A stretch of DNA of 64,000 nt from Ministeria vibrans ATCC 50519 (GCA_943704425.1 CALSCP010001486.1:6957-70956), one strand, 5' to 3'. Positions 24,901-39,298 are shown, counted from the first letter of the stretch. Notes: generated by a model from the letters alone, not told the origin. A program made the numbers and translations.

Positions 24901-27324
24901 TGCGCAGCATGGTCCATTGTTGCTCGCCAATGTCACGCATGGCGAGAAGCTTGCCGCCGCAGCCTTCGTCGGTAAAGGGTGCCTTGAGAATGGCAAAAAT
25001 CTCCTCGAGAACATTCTGCTCGCGCATGAGCTTCTGCCGGTCGCGACTGGGCTTGCCGTGGATGAGAATGGGGTCGCACTCCTCGGAGCCCTCGACTTCG
25101 AGCACAAAGAAGATAAGGTCGCCGAGCAGCTTGATGGCAATCTTGAGCTCGCGCTGAGTCATGATGCCGGCCTGGAAGCTCTGGCGGATGGTGTTGAGCA
25201 GCTTGCTGGCATCGTTTGCAAAGTCGAGGTCGCGCACCTCGTAGGCGGGCACGGGCACAATGGCAAACGCCTCTTGGTCGTCAAGCTCGGGAGTGCAGCC
25301 AACTTCCTGCATGACAGGCTTCTCCTTGTCCACGTCAATGATGGTCACCGTCGAGTGCACCCATGTGTTCGAGTCGTAGTGCTTGAGACGCACATACGAT
25401 GCCTTGGCGACTTCGTCGTCGGGTGCGTGGATGGTTGTCGCGTGCAGCTCGAACACGGTCGACGTGTCGTGGCGGTCTTCGCGCATGGCCAGACGCATGC
25501 TCATGATATGCGATGGGGGCGGCAGGTCGGAGGCCGAAGCCGAGGCGGACACGGGTGCTGGAGCAACAGCAGCAGTCCGTTGGTGTGGTTGTGCACTCAA
25601 GGGAGCGGTGGCACCGGCGGCCGCAGCTGCATGGGTAGCGGCCGCCGTCGTTGCCGTGGTGCGCAAGTTGACGGCACACTCGTCGTCGGACGACAAAGAG
25701 CCATCTACAACTGCCTCAAGGGGCTCGGCACAGAGATACTCACCGGTGGCGAGATGTTTGAAGCGGAAGAGGGAGCGCCAGGTGCCGAGGCCGCCGCGAC
25801 AGGGATCCTCGTTGACAACCTCGACTTCCCAGAGTGCCTGTGACGACGTCGCCGACGTCTTGCTGCTGCGACCCGTGATGCGCAGGAAGACGGCGAGGCC
25901 GTCGCGGTAGCGATCGCACGTAAGAAACTTTTCGTGTTCGCTGTGGAAAAGGCGCACGACATCGCCGCCCTTGAGCATCTGCTCGGCGTCCTTGTGATGC
26001 TCGAGGAAGAGAGAGATACGCCACGGGGTGCGCCCGGCCGCGTTGACTTCGTAGCACGCCGTGTGATCAATAAGCTGACAACTGCTGGCATGTAGACTGT
26101 GTTGGTTGTTGTTGTTGGACACGAGCAGCACTTTGTCCGAGATGAGCACTTCGTCGCCCAGCGAGCGCAGCTTGTAGTGCGGCATGATCGAAAACCACGA
26201 CCCCTCGTTGCCCGTCGCGTCCAGCAACACTCGCATTGCATTCTTTTCCATCAGCGCTGGCAGTCGCGCGTTGACCGTCACAAACTTGTTGCTCTTCGTG
26301 TGCAACAACTAAAGTGAAAGAGAATAAAAATAAAAATTAATGATGATTAATTTGTGTTTTGAGTGTTTGGGGTTTGCTTTGGTTTGTTATTAGATCAAAA
26401 ACCCACCTGAAAGACGTAGCCATACTTGACAACGTCACCAACACATGTCTCGCGGTCTTCGGCATTGGCCTTGCGCTCGACCTCGGCCGCTTGCTACAAA
26501 ACGACACGAATAAGCTTAGACAGGAACAGTCTCACAAAAACAAAACCTGAAGCTTTTTGAGCAGGAGTGCATCGGACATGGTCGAACTCTGTGATTTGGC
26601 CTTGCGGTACTGTTCTTGAGCAGTGTAGCGAAGCATGGGACAGATTTTGAAGTGACAATCTACGAAAAAACAAGAAAAAAAAACACACACACACGCACAC
26701 AGAGGGTTCGGAAGAATTAGCGCGGCGTGTGCGTCCCAATCGCCTCCATCGTACCTCTAAACTTCTTTGGAATGTTATAGGTGTCGCCAGCGCCCGGCTG
26801 GATGACGCAGCGCCCGTCAATGAGGCCGAGCGTGCTCAGGAAGCCGTGGACTTCGCCGTCAGCGAACAGCGAGACAATGTCGCCGGTGCGCAGGAATCTG
26901 GGGATGGGCGCATTCTTGGTCTTCTGCGGCGGACGGAGGGGGGAGGGGGAGGGNNNNNNNNNNNNNNNNNNNNNNNNNNNNNNTTTTTTTATTGGGTCAT
27001 TGTTTTATGGAGATATCTTTGACATATTGAGTTGGGTTTGGCAGATCAACACACATCGTTCCGTACCGTTCGCTGTGTCACGGGCTCGTTTTCAAGGCCG
27101 GCTCTGCTCCCTCTGGCAGACGAGCTTACAGGCAGCTCGGAGGCGGTCGCGCGACGCTGGACGTGTGGCGAGTCGCTGCAAAGTGAGGCGAAAGTGAGTT
27201 TGGGGGGTTGGTTGCGGGAGGGTTGCCGACGGGGGCAGGCGGCGGAGTTGACGAGGAAGCGAGGGCGTTCAATGGGGGGACTGAGGAGGCGCGGGCGAGA
27301 CGAGGGAGAAGCAGAAAAGGTCAT
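15985..27324 (-). CDS. ITPR: Inositol 1,4,5-trisphosphate receptor (5' end uncertain; conserved sequence begins ~26922)
   Basis: [20 protein letters not shown] and MIR repeats. IP3-binding motifs [15 protein letters not shown] and [27 protein letters not shown], pore [31 protein letters not shown] and DWFPR. Confidence 0.97.
16364..16520. repeat. ~21-bp purine-rich tandem repeat in an ITPR intron
   Basis: AAGTAAGAAGAAAGAGAAAGA-like units. Confidence 0.85.
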
Positions 27325-27609
27325 GTTGACGTGTGCTTGAAGTTAACCTCATAATCCGGAATGGGCTGCTGTGCCGATGGAAGGAACGCGACAGGGAAGA
27401 GAAAGAGACCACACAATAGGGAGAGAGAGAAAAATAAGGAAATACAGGAAAATAAAATGAATAATATGAAAATTAATAAGAATTAATGTTGTTTGGAGCA
27501 AAGTTGAGAAATAATTTTAATATAGACAAAGTAGTAGGTGCGTATGGGCAGCCAAGAAGAGCGTGGTAAACTCGTGATGTCAATTGTAAAAGGAAAAAAA
27601 ACACACACA

Positions 27610-28895
27610 TTAGACGTAGATGCGGGGAACACGGGGGGTGATGGTACAGGTAACTTCGTAGGTGATGGTATCCCATCGGTCGGCAAGGACGCTGCAGGAA
27701 AGCGCACCGCCCAGGACGGTGACAGGGCAGCCGACAAGGGAGCAGGGGTCGTCCTTGAGATGAACGGGGAGGGGGTCGAGGAGTACGAGGCACTGGTCCA
27801 TGCAGACGCGTCCGACGACAGGGCATTCTGTGTCGTGGACGAGGACCGTGTTGCCGTCGGTGCGCCGATAGCCGTCGCCATAGCCGAGCGGGATGGTCCC
27901 TATGAGCGCCCCGTCACTTGTTGTGTGGTATCGGTGCGAGTACGAGAGACCCGTGTTGCAAGGGACCCGTTTGACGTGCGTCAGTTGGGTGTACCACGAG
28001 AGAGCCGGCGTAAACTCCGCGTCAGGCAAGGGCAAACTGGGCGCCGGGTCCAGGCCGTAGATCGCGATCCCGGGGCGGATCAGGTCGGCGTGGACCGCGG
28101 GTCGTGAGAGCGAACACGCTGAATTGGAGGCGTGCACTAGAGGAGGGCGCAGGTTGGCGCTCTCGAGGGCGCCCACAATGGAGGCCCAGCGGTCCTCCTG
28201 CTCGCCGTTAACGGGCGAGGGCGGGTCGTCGGCACACGCAAAGTGCGTAAAGACACCTTGGAAGTGTGTGTCGGGATCGCGTGTCATGTCGCCGGCGAGA
28301 CTCAGGATCTCGTCAAGGTCTCGCAGCCCCAGGCGGCCCATGCCTGTGTCGACTTTGAGATGCAGCGACGCAACCATTCCCACGGCACGACTCGCAGCAC
28401 GCGCTTGCTCATAGTGATCGCGCGACGAGACGGTGAACGCCACGTCGCTGGCTATCAGAGACTGCATCGTGCTCTCCGGCGACACCCCCATAACTAGGAT
28501 TGGTATTCTAGTGTTGAAGACGCGCACGAACTGTGAGTGTCAGTCAACACGCGATGGAGATTGTGTGTGTGTTTCGTGCGCACCTTTGCGACAGCTCGCG
28601 ACTGAGCTCCAGCGCTTCGTGAGCACGCGCCACTGCTAACCAAGAGGCACCGCCCGCAACAGCAGCATTTGCCACGTGTCCGACGCCGTGCCCATACGCA
28701 TTGGCCTTGAGAGAGGAGGAGATTGAATTGAAACAGTTTGGTCTTCGAGTGTCGTCGTACTTTCACCACCGCCATAATCTTGGCACCGGTAGGCTTGAAG
28801 GCGCGGACATTCTGTTCAATGGCCGAGGTATCCACTAAAGTAAACGTATCGTGTTGTTTCAACAGGCGGCGGATTAGTGGGGCGCGAGCGAGCAT
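27610..28895 (-). CDS. alr: Bacterial-type PLP-dependent alanine racemase (exons 28895-28761, 28705-28584, 28507-27610)
   Basis: AVVK|ANAYGHG (PLP Lys), HLKVDTGMGRLG, FTHFACAD, HASNSA, IRPGIAIYG, GLSYSHRY (catalytic Tyr), GYGDGY, GRVCMDQ and TITYEV. Two GT-AG introns restore the frame. Confidence 0.95.
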
Positions 28896-29002
28896 TGGAA
28901 ATAAATGGGTTTGTCATTTGTGATTGAAAATTGAAAATCATTAAATCAATTATTGGTAATAATACTATAATAGTATTTTTCTTGTTTTATAGTAGGGGTG
29001 TG

Positions 29003-29704
29003 ATGCCGTTTTATGAAATCACTACCATCTTGCGGCGGTCCGCTCGACCGGTATATTTCCAAATTGAAATGAACAATAGGTTTTGACAACATGTTTCGAT
29101 CTCGCTTGCTTTGGGCTCCTAGACGGACGTGGCACACATCACCCGCACTGCGCTAGGCCAGCTGAAGGAGGCCGGTGGAGTTCTTCGTGGGTTTGAGGTG
29201 CGAGCAATGAGTTTTTTTTCTTTTTTCTCTTTTGTGAATCCGTTTTGTCTCTCTCCTTTCTCTGTAGAGCACTGCTCTTCGTAAGCTTCCGTACCGCATG
29301 AGAGGCAGCGACCGAGAGTGGCATTCGGAAGGAAGGTACGTGCTGAGCAGGGTCGTGCGTCCCAACGAGTGATGTGTGATCTTCTCAGATGGTTCTCAAT
29401 GCATCTCGTTGCAAACCCGAAAACAATGGAGAGAGTCTATTCGTCGGTAAGACACCCCCACCCATCCAAACCCACCCCCTCCCCTCTCCTCTGCCCTGGG
29501 CGTGTCTTGCGCTGCGTGGGCATTCTTCAATACGTTTCTCTCCCTTCCCCTTCAGGTGGCAGCCAATGCGAACATCGTCCGAGCGACCAGATTGCGATCG
29601 CGTGCCCCGTACCTCGGAGACGCCCCTGTGCGAAATCCCTGTGTCAAACCGAAGCAGTAAGCAGGGTGATTTGAGAGATGTCAGGGAGAAGGGAACTGAC
29701 TAAA

Positions 29705-29739
<35 letters not shown>

Positions 29740-29789
29740 TTAGAGTCACGTTTGCTGTTAAGAGCGACCTACCTCCGAGTTACAACTGA
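29003..29789 (+). CDS. MRPS6: Mitochondrial ribosomal protein S6 (bS6m), 6 exons
   Basis: MPFYEITTILR|..LKEAGGVLRGFE|STALRKLPYRM..HSEGR|WFSMHLVANP..|..NIVRATRLR. Missed by the ORF track and assembled here from GT-AG exons. Confidence 0.85.
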
Positions 29790-30167
29790 GAATGTGAAAA
29801 CTACGATGAGTTTAGAAGTCATCACTTCCAAAAAAAAAAAAAAAACTCGACAGAGCTGTACAAATCAAATACAAAATTTAATAATGTGAAATGGAGATCA
29901 AGATCATTTATTACTGACTTCACACGACTTGTTCGTGTTTGATACAACTCACACAAGGCGAGTTGGTACTGGTGAGTGGTGATGTTGTGTCGGACTCAGT
30001 CGGAGGAGTGAAGGAGTGTGAAATTTGAATCACCTCCACTCTAATGCCTCATCCAACCACAGTCCAACATAGTAAGTAGGTCGTGATTAAATATTTTATT
30101 CGATTTACGATTATAAAAATTATTTTTCTGTTTTTATTGTTTCTTCTTTAACTTTTCTCATCGTCGG

Positions 30168-32517
30168 ATGATCATTGTTCGAGGCTTGGCAACAATGGCA
30201 CGCCGAGGGATGGGCCGTCCGGAGCGAGTGTTGCCCGTGGTTGAGATGAGACGGACGGACGGATCGCTGGGCCGCTCTGCGCGTGCACGGCTGGCGCGCG
30301 AGAAGCGGGCCGAGCAAGAGCGCTTGGGCGTCAAGGTGGAAGCGAAGCCGCGGGTGTGGAGCAAGCAGTCGACTTCACAGGCGAAACTATCTGAGCGAGA
30401 AAAGCTGCGATTGAAAGAGGCACGGCGAAGTGCGCGACTCGCCAGCACCAATGCCGTTGTCGACGACACCCGCCTTGCCTTTCAGCATCTGGGCCTTGAC
30501 GGGTCCTTGCGCAGCCAGCTGACCGCCATCGGCATTGAAAAACCCACTGCCATCCAGGTAGGAGGGGACACGACTGAGATGGTTTGGACCGCACACACTA
30601 ACACCTTCTCGGAAAGACTTTGGCCATTCCCGAGATCCGCAAAGGGACCAACGTACTAGCCGCAGCAGAGACAGGTATCCAAGTGTCACACACACACACC
30701 CACACACTCTCTCTATCACTTTGTTTCTTTCTTTCTCCTCTCTCTATCACTTTGTTTCTTTCTTTCTCCTCTTCACTTTGTTTCTTTCTTTCTCCTCTTC
30801 TCTATCACTTTGTTTCTTTTTTTTTCTCCTCTCTCTCTATTACTTTGTTTCTTTGTTTCTCCTCTCTCTCTCCCTCTCTCTCGTGTGTGTGTGTGTAACG
30901 CGACTGTCTTCTTCATCCTCTCAGGTTCGGGCAAAACGTTGATGTATCTGCTTCCGGTGATTGAGCGGATTCGCGCGCACAAAACGGCTCTTCCGGCGGG
31001 TACTGCTCTGCGTCTGCTGCGTCCCCTTGCGATTGTGGTCGTTCCAAGCAAAGAGCTTGCCGGCCAAGTATACGTAAGACAACATAAATAAACGAGCTTG
31101 TTTGATGATTGTTTTGCACGATAGGAAATGTGTGTGAAAATAGCGAAACCACTGGGGGTGCGTGCAACTCTTCTTACAACAACTCGCGATCCGGTCACTT
31201 TATTTATGTTTTATTTGTTATTGTTTTTTGATACTAATTTTTTTTGGATGTGCCTTTGCGTGGTCTTCTTCTTCTTCTTCTGGGGGGGGGGGGTGGTTTA
31301 GGCTCTGCTGAAAAAGTCCCTTGAGCGACCATTTGACATTGCCATTGGAACCCCACTCAAACTCATTTCTTTGATGGAAAACAGTAAGGCCAACACGCAA
31401 CAAAAATTTTCCAAAACAACGTGAGAGATTAAGCATGTGTGATTACAACAGAGAAGCTATACTCGACGGACGCACAGTGTGTGGTGTTGGACGAGGCAGA
31501 CACACTCTTCGACGAGACATTTAGACATGATATTGACGCTCTTATTGGCGAACTTCCCGTACGCACACACACACCCTCTAGCTGCAATGTCGCTCTCACA
31601 CACACTCACACACACTCAATGGCACTCGAACACACGGCACTCGAATACACTTGCATTTGATGGCACTTGCACACACTCGCACTTTATGGTGCACACTCAC
31701 ACACTCACTCAACGCCAATCACGCCCTTATCCGATGCATATTATTCTTTCTCTCTCAACGTCAATCACACACACACACAACACACTCTTACCCCCCGGTT
31801 TGGTCTCAATCATTTCTCTCAGGAACGACGCACCGGTCTTCAGTTTGTTGCGTGCAGTGCCACAATGAGTTCAGCCCTCAAGGCCTTTGTTCGCGATCGT
31901 CTCTCTGTACGGCACACACACACTCTCTCACATTGCACACGATCTGAGTCGTTCTTTTTGTATTTTATGTAGAATAGTACCGTTGTGACGACAGAGTCAC
32001 TGCATCGAGGTCTACGCAACATTGCTTACCGGTTTGAGCACCTTGTGGGTCGCACTGGTCGCGAAGGTAGTCAGCCACACGCAGACACGCTTACGCTGAT
32101 TGTTTGCATTGCAGACGAGACTGTGCGTCTTGCCAAGGCACTGGTGGATCGCAAGCAGCGTAGGCAGTATGCGCACACAATGGTGTTCTGCAACACGAGC
32201 GAGAGTGCCAAGTGGCTATGGGCGACACTGCGCAAGCACATGGCTGAGCACTTGCGGAATGCGGGACACACTGGCGCAGGGGATGTGACTGAAGGCCTTG
32301 TGGGTGCGGGCCAGGAGGGCCTTGTGAATGAGCGCGAAATTGCAAGGATGCGGCGTGTGAGACAGCAGTTTGAAGGGACCTTGGCGTACGACGTGGCGGA
32401 CCATGTGCCTTTCGTGCTGCTCACGACGAGTAAGCTGAGTGCTCGCGAGCGTCGTGCTGTCTGGAAAGCCTTCACACAGCTGCCATTGGATGGTGTGGTG
32501 AACAATAGCAATGTGAA

Positions 32518-32552
<35 letters not shown>

Positions 32553-33081
32553 CTGATGGAACCAAGGCGGTTGTAATGAAGAAGAATATGAAGGAGCCAG
32601 TGCGACTGCTTGTCGCGACTGATGTGGTTGCACGCGGTGTGGACACACTTGATGTGGTGCGTGTGATCAATGCTGAGCTGCCGCGTGCTTCCGATGCCTT
32701 TTTGCATCGTGTCGGGCGTACAGGTCGGCTAGGGCGCCAGGGCACTGTTGTGAGTTGGGTTGCGAAGCGAGATCGTGCCTTTGCCAGTCATTTGAGGGTA
32801 CGTGCTTTTCTTTCCTTTTTATTTTGGTGTTGTCGCCTTTTGTTTGTGATTAATAATAATAATTATTATTATTAACTATAATGCAATTATTGTATTCTTA
32901 GAAAATATGTCTTCTAGTTTGTATGTCTTCTCTCATTATTCTTTCTTTTCTTCTTCTTCTTATTTTTGACTTTTTGTTGTAGGTTTGCCTTGAATCTGGC
33001 GCAGAGATCACCCCGACCACAGTTGCTGTACATCCTGAAAAGCTCAAACTGCTTGCAGAGAAGAATTTCGAGCGAGCTTGA
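30168..33081 (+). CDS. DDX28: DEAD-box RNA helicase, DDX28-like (mitochondrial)
   Basis: KPTAIQ, AAETGSGKTL, VPSKELA, VVLDEADTLF, SAT, VFCNT, VATDVVARGVD and HRVGRTGR. The N-terminus is Arg-rich and transit-peptide-like. Confidence 0.8.
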
Positions 33082-33140
33082 AACCGCAGCGAACACAATT
33101 AATTTGTAAACAATCAAATCTTTCTTATTCATTGATCATC

Positions 33141-33242
33141 ATGAAACTTGTTTCAACATTACACCTACTCTTGGTTGCGTGCCTGACGATGGCACTAGCG
33201 CTGACTTCACTTCAGCCCAACCTTGTTTTCATTCTGATTGAC
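33141..33242 (+). pseudogene. Orphan first-exon-like fragment: signal peptide + sulfatase N-terminal motif
   Basis: MKLVSTLHLLLVACLTMALALTSLQPNLVFILID. No downstream sulfatase exons were found. Confidence 0.4.
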
Positions 33243-33393
33243 GCAACCCACAAAAGATATCTTCTTTCAATGCCCAATTTTGTGTTGTGCAGCAATCAAC
33301 AAACTGATATTCAAAATTTCCAATTTGGCAATTTCCAAAAATCAAAATTTCAATTTTCTTCACCTTCGCGCCTTCGCCACTCTCCTTGCTGAC

Positions 33394-33751
33394 ATGGTTG
33401 TGGGAATCCCTGTCAAAATTTTACACGAGGCAGTTGGTCATGTTGTGACAGTCGAAACAAAGGTAAATGCGCTGACTTGAGAGCCCTCTTCCATGCGTCG
33501 GTGTGTGTACGGGGGCGTGTGCGTGTGCGTGTGCGTGTGTGTGTGTATGTGTGTGTGTGTGTGTCCGTGCGCCCGCTGTACGTGTTCGTGCCGCTCTCTT
33601 TTTGCCATTGGAGTTTCAACGGCGCTGACTCTGCGCTGTCGGGGCGCCAAGGAGCTCTCCTCATGTCTCAATCGGCATTGTCCGCCCTGCCTCGACGGGG
33701 TGGACCACCACCACCGCAGACCCCAATGACGAGAACGACGAAAACGCGACG

Positions 33752-33784
<33 letters not shown>

Positions 33785-34361
33785 GTACTGTAACTCCTCT
33801 TACTCCACCCGATGAAGCGTCGGCGACGCTCCCCGCCCTATACAGACATGGGGGGGTTATTATTTTGTGCTGCGGAGGGGCGTGGAAAGCGACGAAGAGA
33901 CGTGGCTTGACCTTTTGTCTTGTCTGCCTTGCTCGTTGTGTCTCTAGGATGGTGTTGTGTATCGCGGACGGCTGATTGCCGTGGAGGATTCACTCAACTG
34001 CCAGCTGCAGAGCGTGGCGCAGACGCAGCGCGACGGCAGAAGCTCACACTTGGAACAGGTGTACTTGCGCGGCTCCAAGGTGCGCTTCTTCATCATCCCC
34101 GACGTCCTCAAGTCAGCGCCCATGTTCAGCACCATGAGTGCCATGGCAGCTGCCAAGGGCAAGTCCGCTCTTCTCAAAGGTACCCACACGGTTGTTGTGG
34201 TGTATGGTGTTGTGTTTTGTGTGTTGTGGTCGACAGTCTTGTCAACAATGCTAAACTCTCGTCTTTCGGGGTTTTCTTGTTTTCTAGCTCAAGCACAGGC
34301 ACGCCAGGGAGGCGGCCGTGGTCGTGGTGGACGTGGACGTGGACGTGGCAGAGGAATGTAA
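33394..34361 (+). CDS. SNRPD3: Small nuclear ribonucleoprotein Sm D3
   Basis: GIPVKILHEAVGHVVTVETK|..YRGRLIAVEDSLNCQL..LEQVYLRGSKVRFFIIPDVLKSAPMF, followed by an RG tail. Confidence 0.96.
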
Positions 34362-34406
34362 ATCAAACAGCAAAAAAATAATAAACAAAAAGGCATTCCG
34401 TCTTGG

Positions 34407-35172
34407 TTACATTGCTGAAGCAGACAGCGCTGCGAGCTCTTGCTCGACTTTGAGGGCGTCCAGATTAGACACTGTTAACTGCAGAGATCAAGAGAAAGGA
34501 AGTGCGGGTGAGAGGAGCGGACGAGCAGGGGCTGGAGGGGGGCATGTACCATGTCGAGAAGCACCTCCATTTTGTAGCGCAGCATGTTGTTCTCTTCGAG
34601 CAGTCGTCGGTTCTCCCGCACGAGCGCCACTTGGTCGGCCGATCCCATCGCCACATCGCCACCCACTGCGCCAGTAACATCGCCATCAACCACAGCAGCA
34701 ATGTACAGCGTCGTCGTGTCTTTGAGTTTGGGTTCTTCTTACCTGAGCGCCAAACGCCATTTTCAAAATACAATTGTGCCGTTCCCAAGTTCACAGCCAA
34801 AGGCGGTGCGTTGGGAGTGGGCGCAGGGGCTACAACCGCAGTGGTTCCTGTGGGCACTGCAGTGGCGGTGCTGGCCATCAAGAGCCCTGTGTTGCTCGGC
34901 TGGAAGGGCATTGGCGTTGTCTGGAGCAACGACGACGACAGACCTGCCTGCGACTGGTGCTGCGGCTGTGCATACCCCTGCGGGGGTGCCTGTGGCTGCA
35001 TCGCCGACTGTTGCTGGTGCGGAAGAGTCCACTGGCCGCTGGTGCCCAACTGGCTCTGGTGCGTCTGGTCCAAATTCATACTTGACTCTAATGCTGTCGG
35101 CTGAGATGCCCCTCTGTTTGCCACCGTTGATTTTCTGCGCACCAGCGGGCTCGACTTTTTAAACAACGACAT
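34407..35172 (-). CDS. CBY1: Chibby homolog
   Basis: N-terminal SP..RRKS, NLGTAQLYFENGVW and the coiled coil RENRRLLEENNMLRYKMEVLLDM|LT. Confidence 0.88.
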
Positions 35173-35523
35173 TGAGTTGGCCTTTGACACACTCAAGTAA
35201 GATTAATAGAAAAATATTTAAAAAGTAAAAAACTGTGTGAAACTGAATGAAATGATTGAAAAGTGAATAGTGACAGAATATCATCCAGTACAGCCCTACA
35301 CATCAAGTCTTCAGCCTGAGAAGTGGAAAGTGGCGACTGGCGAGTGGTGGGGGCAGTTCAGACTTCAGAGTGAGAGCGCACCCTGAGTTGAAAGAGATCA
35401 TTCTTCTAACAACCATTGTCTAACCACCAACGAACCGAAAAATTCAAAAATGAAAATCCAAAATCCCAATCCCAAATCGGGCAAATACCAAATTACCAAT
35501 CAAATTTGTTTTATATATTCATC

Positions 35524-37578
<2,055 letters not shown>

Positions 37579-37763
37579 AACCTTCAAGTCAATTTCTTTC
37601 TTTTTTTGTTCACCATTACACACGCCCCTGAATGCGTTTCTAAGTGCCCCGGTTTGCTTCAATTCTCAAAGTCTCATCTTTTACTTTTAAGTGTCACACA
37701 TGCAAAAGACGCTCAAAACTCAAACTGACAGTATCACCGTCCCAAACTTTCCAACGAACGACT

Positions 37764-37857
37764 CAGGGGTGTTATGATTCGATCTGAATTTTCGGATCAA
37801 ACCATGATTCGAAAGATCCGATTACGTTCGAATCATGATTCGAACGTAACAACCCTG
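37764..37857. mobile_element. MITE-like element with 11-bp imperfect TIRs and an internal 28-bp perfect palindrome
   Basis: Ends CAGGGGTGTTA ... TAACAACCCTG. Palindrome TTACGTTCGAATCATGATTCGAACGTAA at 37822-37849. No clear TSD. Confidence 0.45.
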
Positions 37858-38010
37858 CAGTGAACGAACGATCAACGCTGAATTACTCATTCTTGCAAGT
37901 TACAAGTCATTGATCAGCACTCAGCACTTTATAAACTTTTCACTNNNNNNNCTACTTTTCACAATTTCTTTTGTAGTTTGTACATTTGTTTTTGTTTACT
38001 TCAGTTGATC

Positions 38011-39177
38011 ATGTCAGTGAAGGAGATTCCTAACGACGAGGCGTTCCAGCCGGAGCTGGCGAGCCATGGCTCCAAGTTGATTGTTGTCGATTTTTACGCG
38101 ACTTGGTGCGGTCCTTGCAAAGCAATTGCGCCGAAAATAGCCGAGTTTGCTGTCAAATACCCACATGTTGTGTTCCTCAAGGTTGACGTGGACAAGTGCA
38201 AGGTATGGAATCTTGCGGGGAGGGGGGGTTTTCGCCAAGTTGCTCAAATGTTCGAGAATGTACGCTAATTTTGAAACACTTCGTTGGACTGGGCCGCAGA
38301 CGGTCCAACAAGTCTGCGGTGTGACTTCCATGCCAACATTCCAGTGCTTTCGCAGCATGCAGAAGGTTGCCGAGTTCTCAGGGGCGGATCCGGCCAAGCT
38401 GGAGGGAATCATTCAGAAATTCGGCGGCGAAGAGGCGACTGCGTCAGGCATGGTACGTGATTGCGGCTGTAGCGCAACTCCGCCCCTCACACGCACCTGC
38501 TCATCTGCTGCACTTTCTTTCTGTTGGGGCCGGGGGGTTGCGGTGTAGGTGTCGCTTGAGCCAGTGTTTATGATGAAGCAAGTGGAGTGTCTCAACGAGA
38601 GCGACGACCATCCTGTGGCGGGCGCCTTTGCCAAGGAGACAGACGCCTTCCTTGAGAGTGACTGCGACGAGCAACTCATCATCACCATTCCCTTCACGCA
38701 GCCTGTTAAAATTCACTCTATTCGCATCGCCTCAGTCGCAGACGGTGAGAGAAAACAAACCTTACGCAACGAACTTACTTTTATTACTAATAATAATAAT
38801 AATAATTTATTTTTCTAATTATACTAATTTTTTTGGGGGGGTTTTCGATGATAGGACGTGGACCAAAAGAAGTGCGGCTGTTTGTCAACCCGACTCAGCC
38901 GCTGGATTTTGACGACGGCGAGCGGGAAGTGCCCACACAGGCACTGACTCTAAGTGCCGACAATCTCAAGGGCGACAGCGAACCGGTCCCTCTGACGTTT
39001 GTGCGCTTCCAGAATGTCTCCAAGCTTACCATCTTCATCAAGTCGGTGCAGGGCAGCGACAAGGATACGTGCGTGGTGTCGCGCCTAATGCTTCTTGGTT
39101 GGCCCCTCTCGTCCACTGCCATGGCTGAGTTCAAGCGCGTCAGTGGCACTCCCGGCGAGTCGCACGGCGGTCAGTAA
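38011..39177 (+). CDS. TXNL1: Thioredoxin-like protein 1 (Trx + PITH domains)
   Basis: VVDFYATWCGPCK, FLKVDVDKC, VECLNESDDH, LESDCDEQLIITIPF, GPKEVRLFVN, VRFQNV and EFKRVSGTPGESH. Confidence 0.95.
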
Positions 39178-39298
39178 CACCCGGTGGATACTCATCACAC
39201 TCACTAATACACGACTTATACACGCACCACACTCAATTACAATATCTTCTTGTGTGCTTTTTTCTCTATTGTCCTGTTCTTTCTAACACATTTGGGGT

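Noticed and set aside
24362-25843. 493-aa plus-strand ORF and similar long antisense ORFs (21236-22222, 10274-11263, 2107-2910)
   Set aside because: These are shadow ORFs opposite GC-rich, codon-biased exons of real genes and carry no motifs of their own.
27610-28895. Alanine racemase as bacterial contamination
   Set aside because: It has two GT-AG introns, one with host-type CA repeats, and is contiguous with eukaryotic genes.
30676-30690. GTATCC donor in DDX28 as a U12-type intron
   Set aside because: It lacks the full GTATCCTT consensus and a TCCTTAAC branch site.
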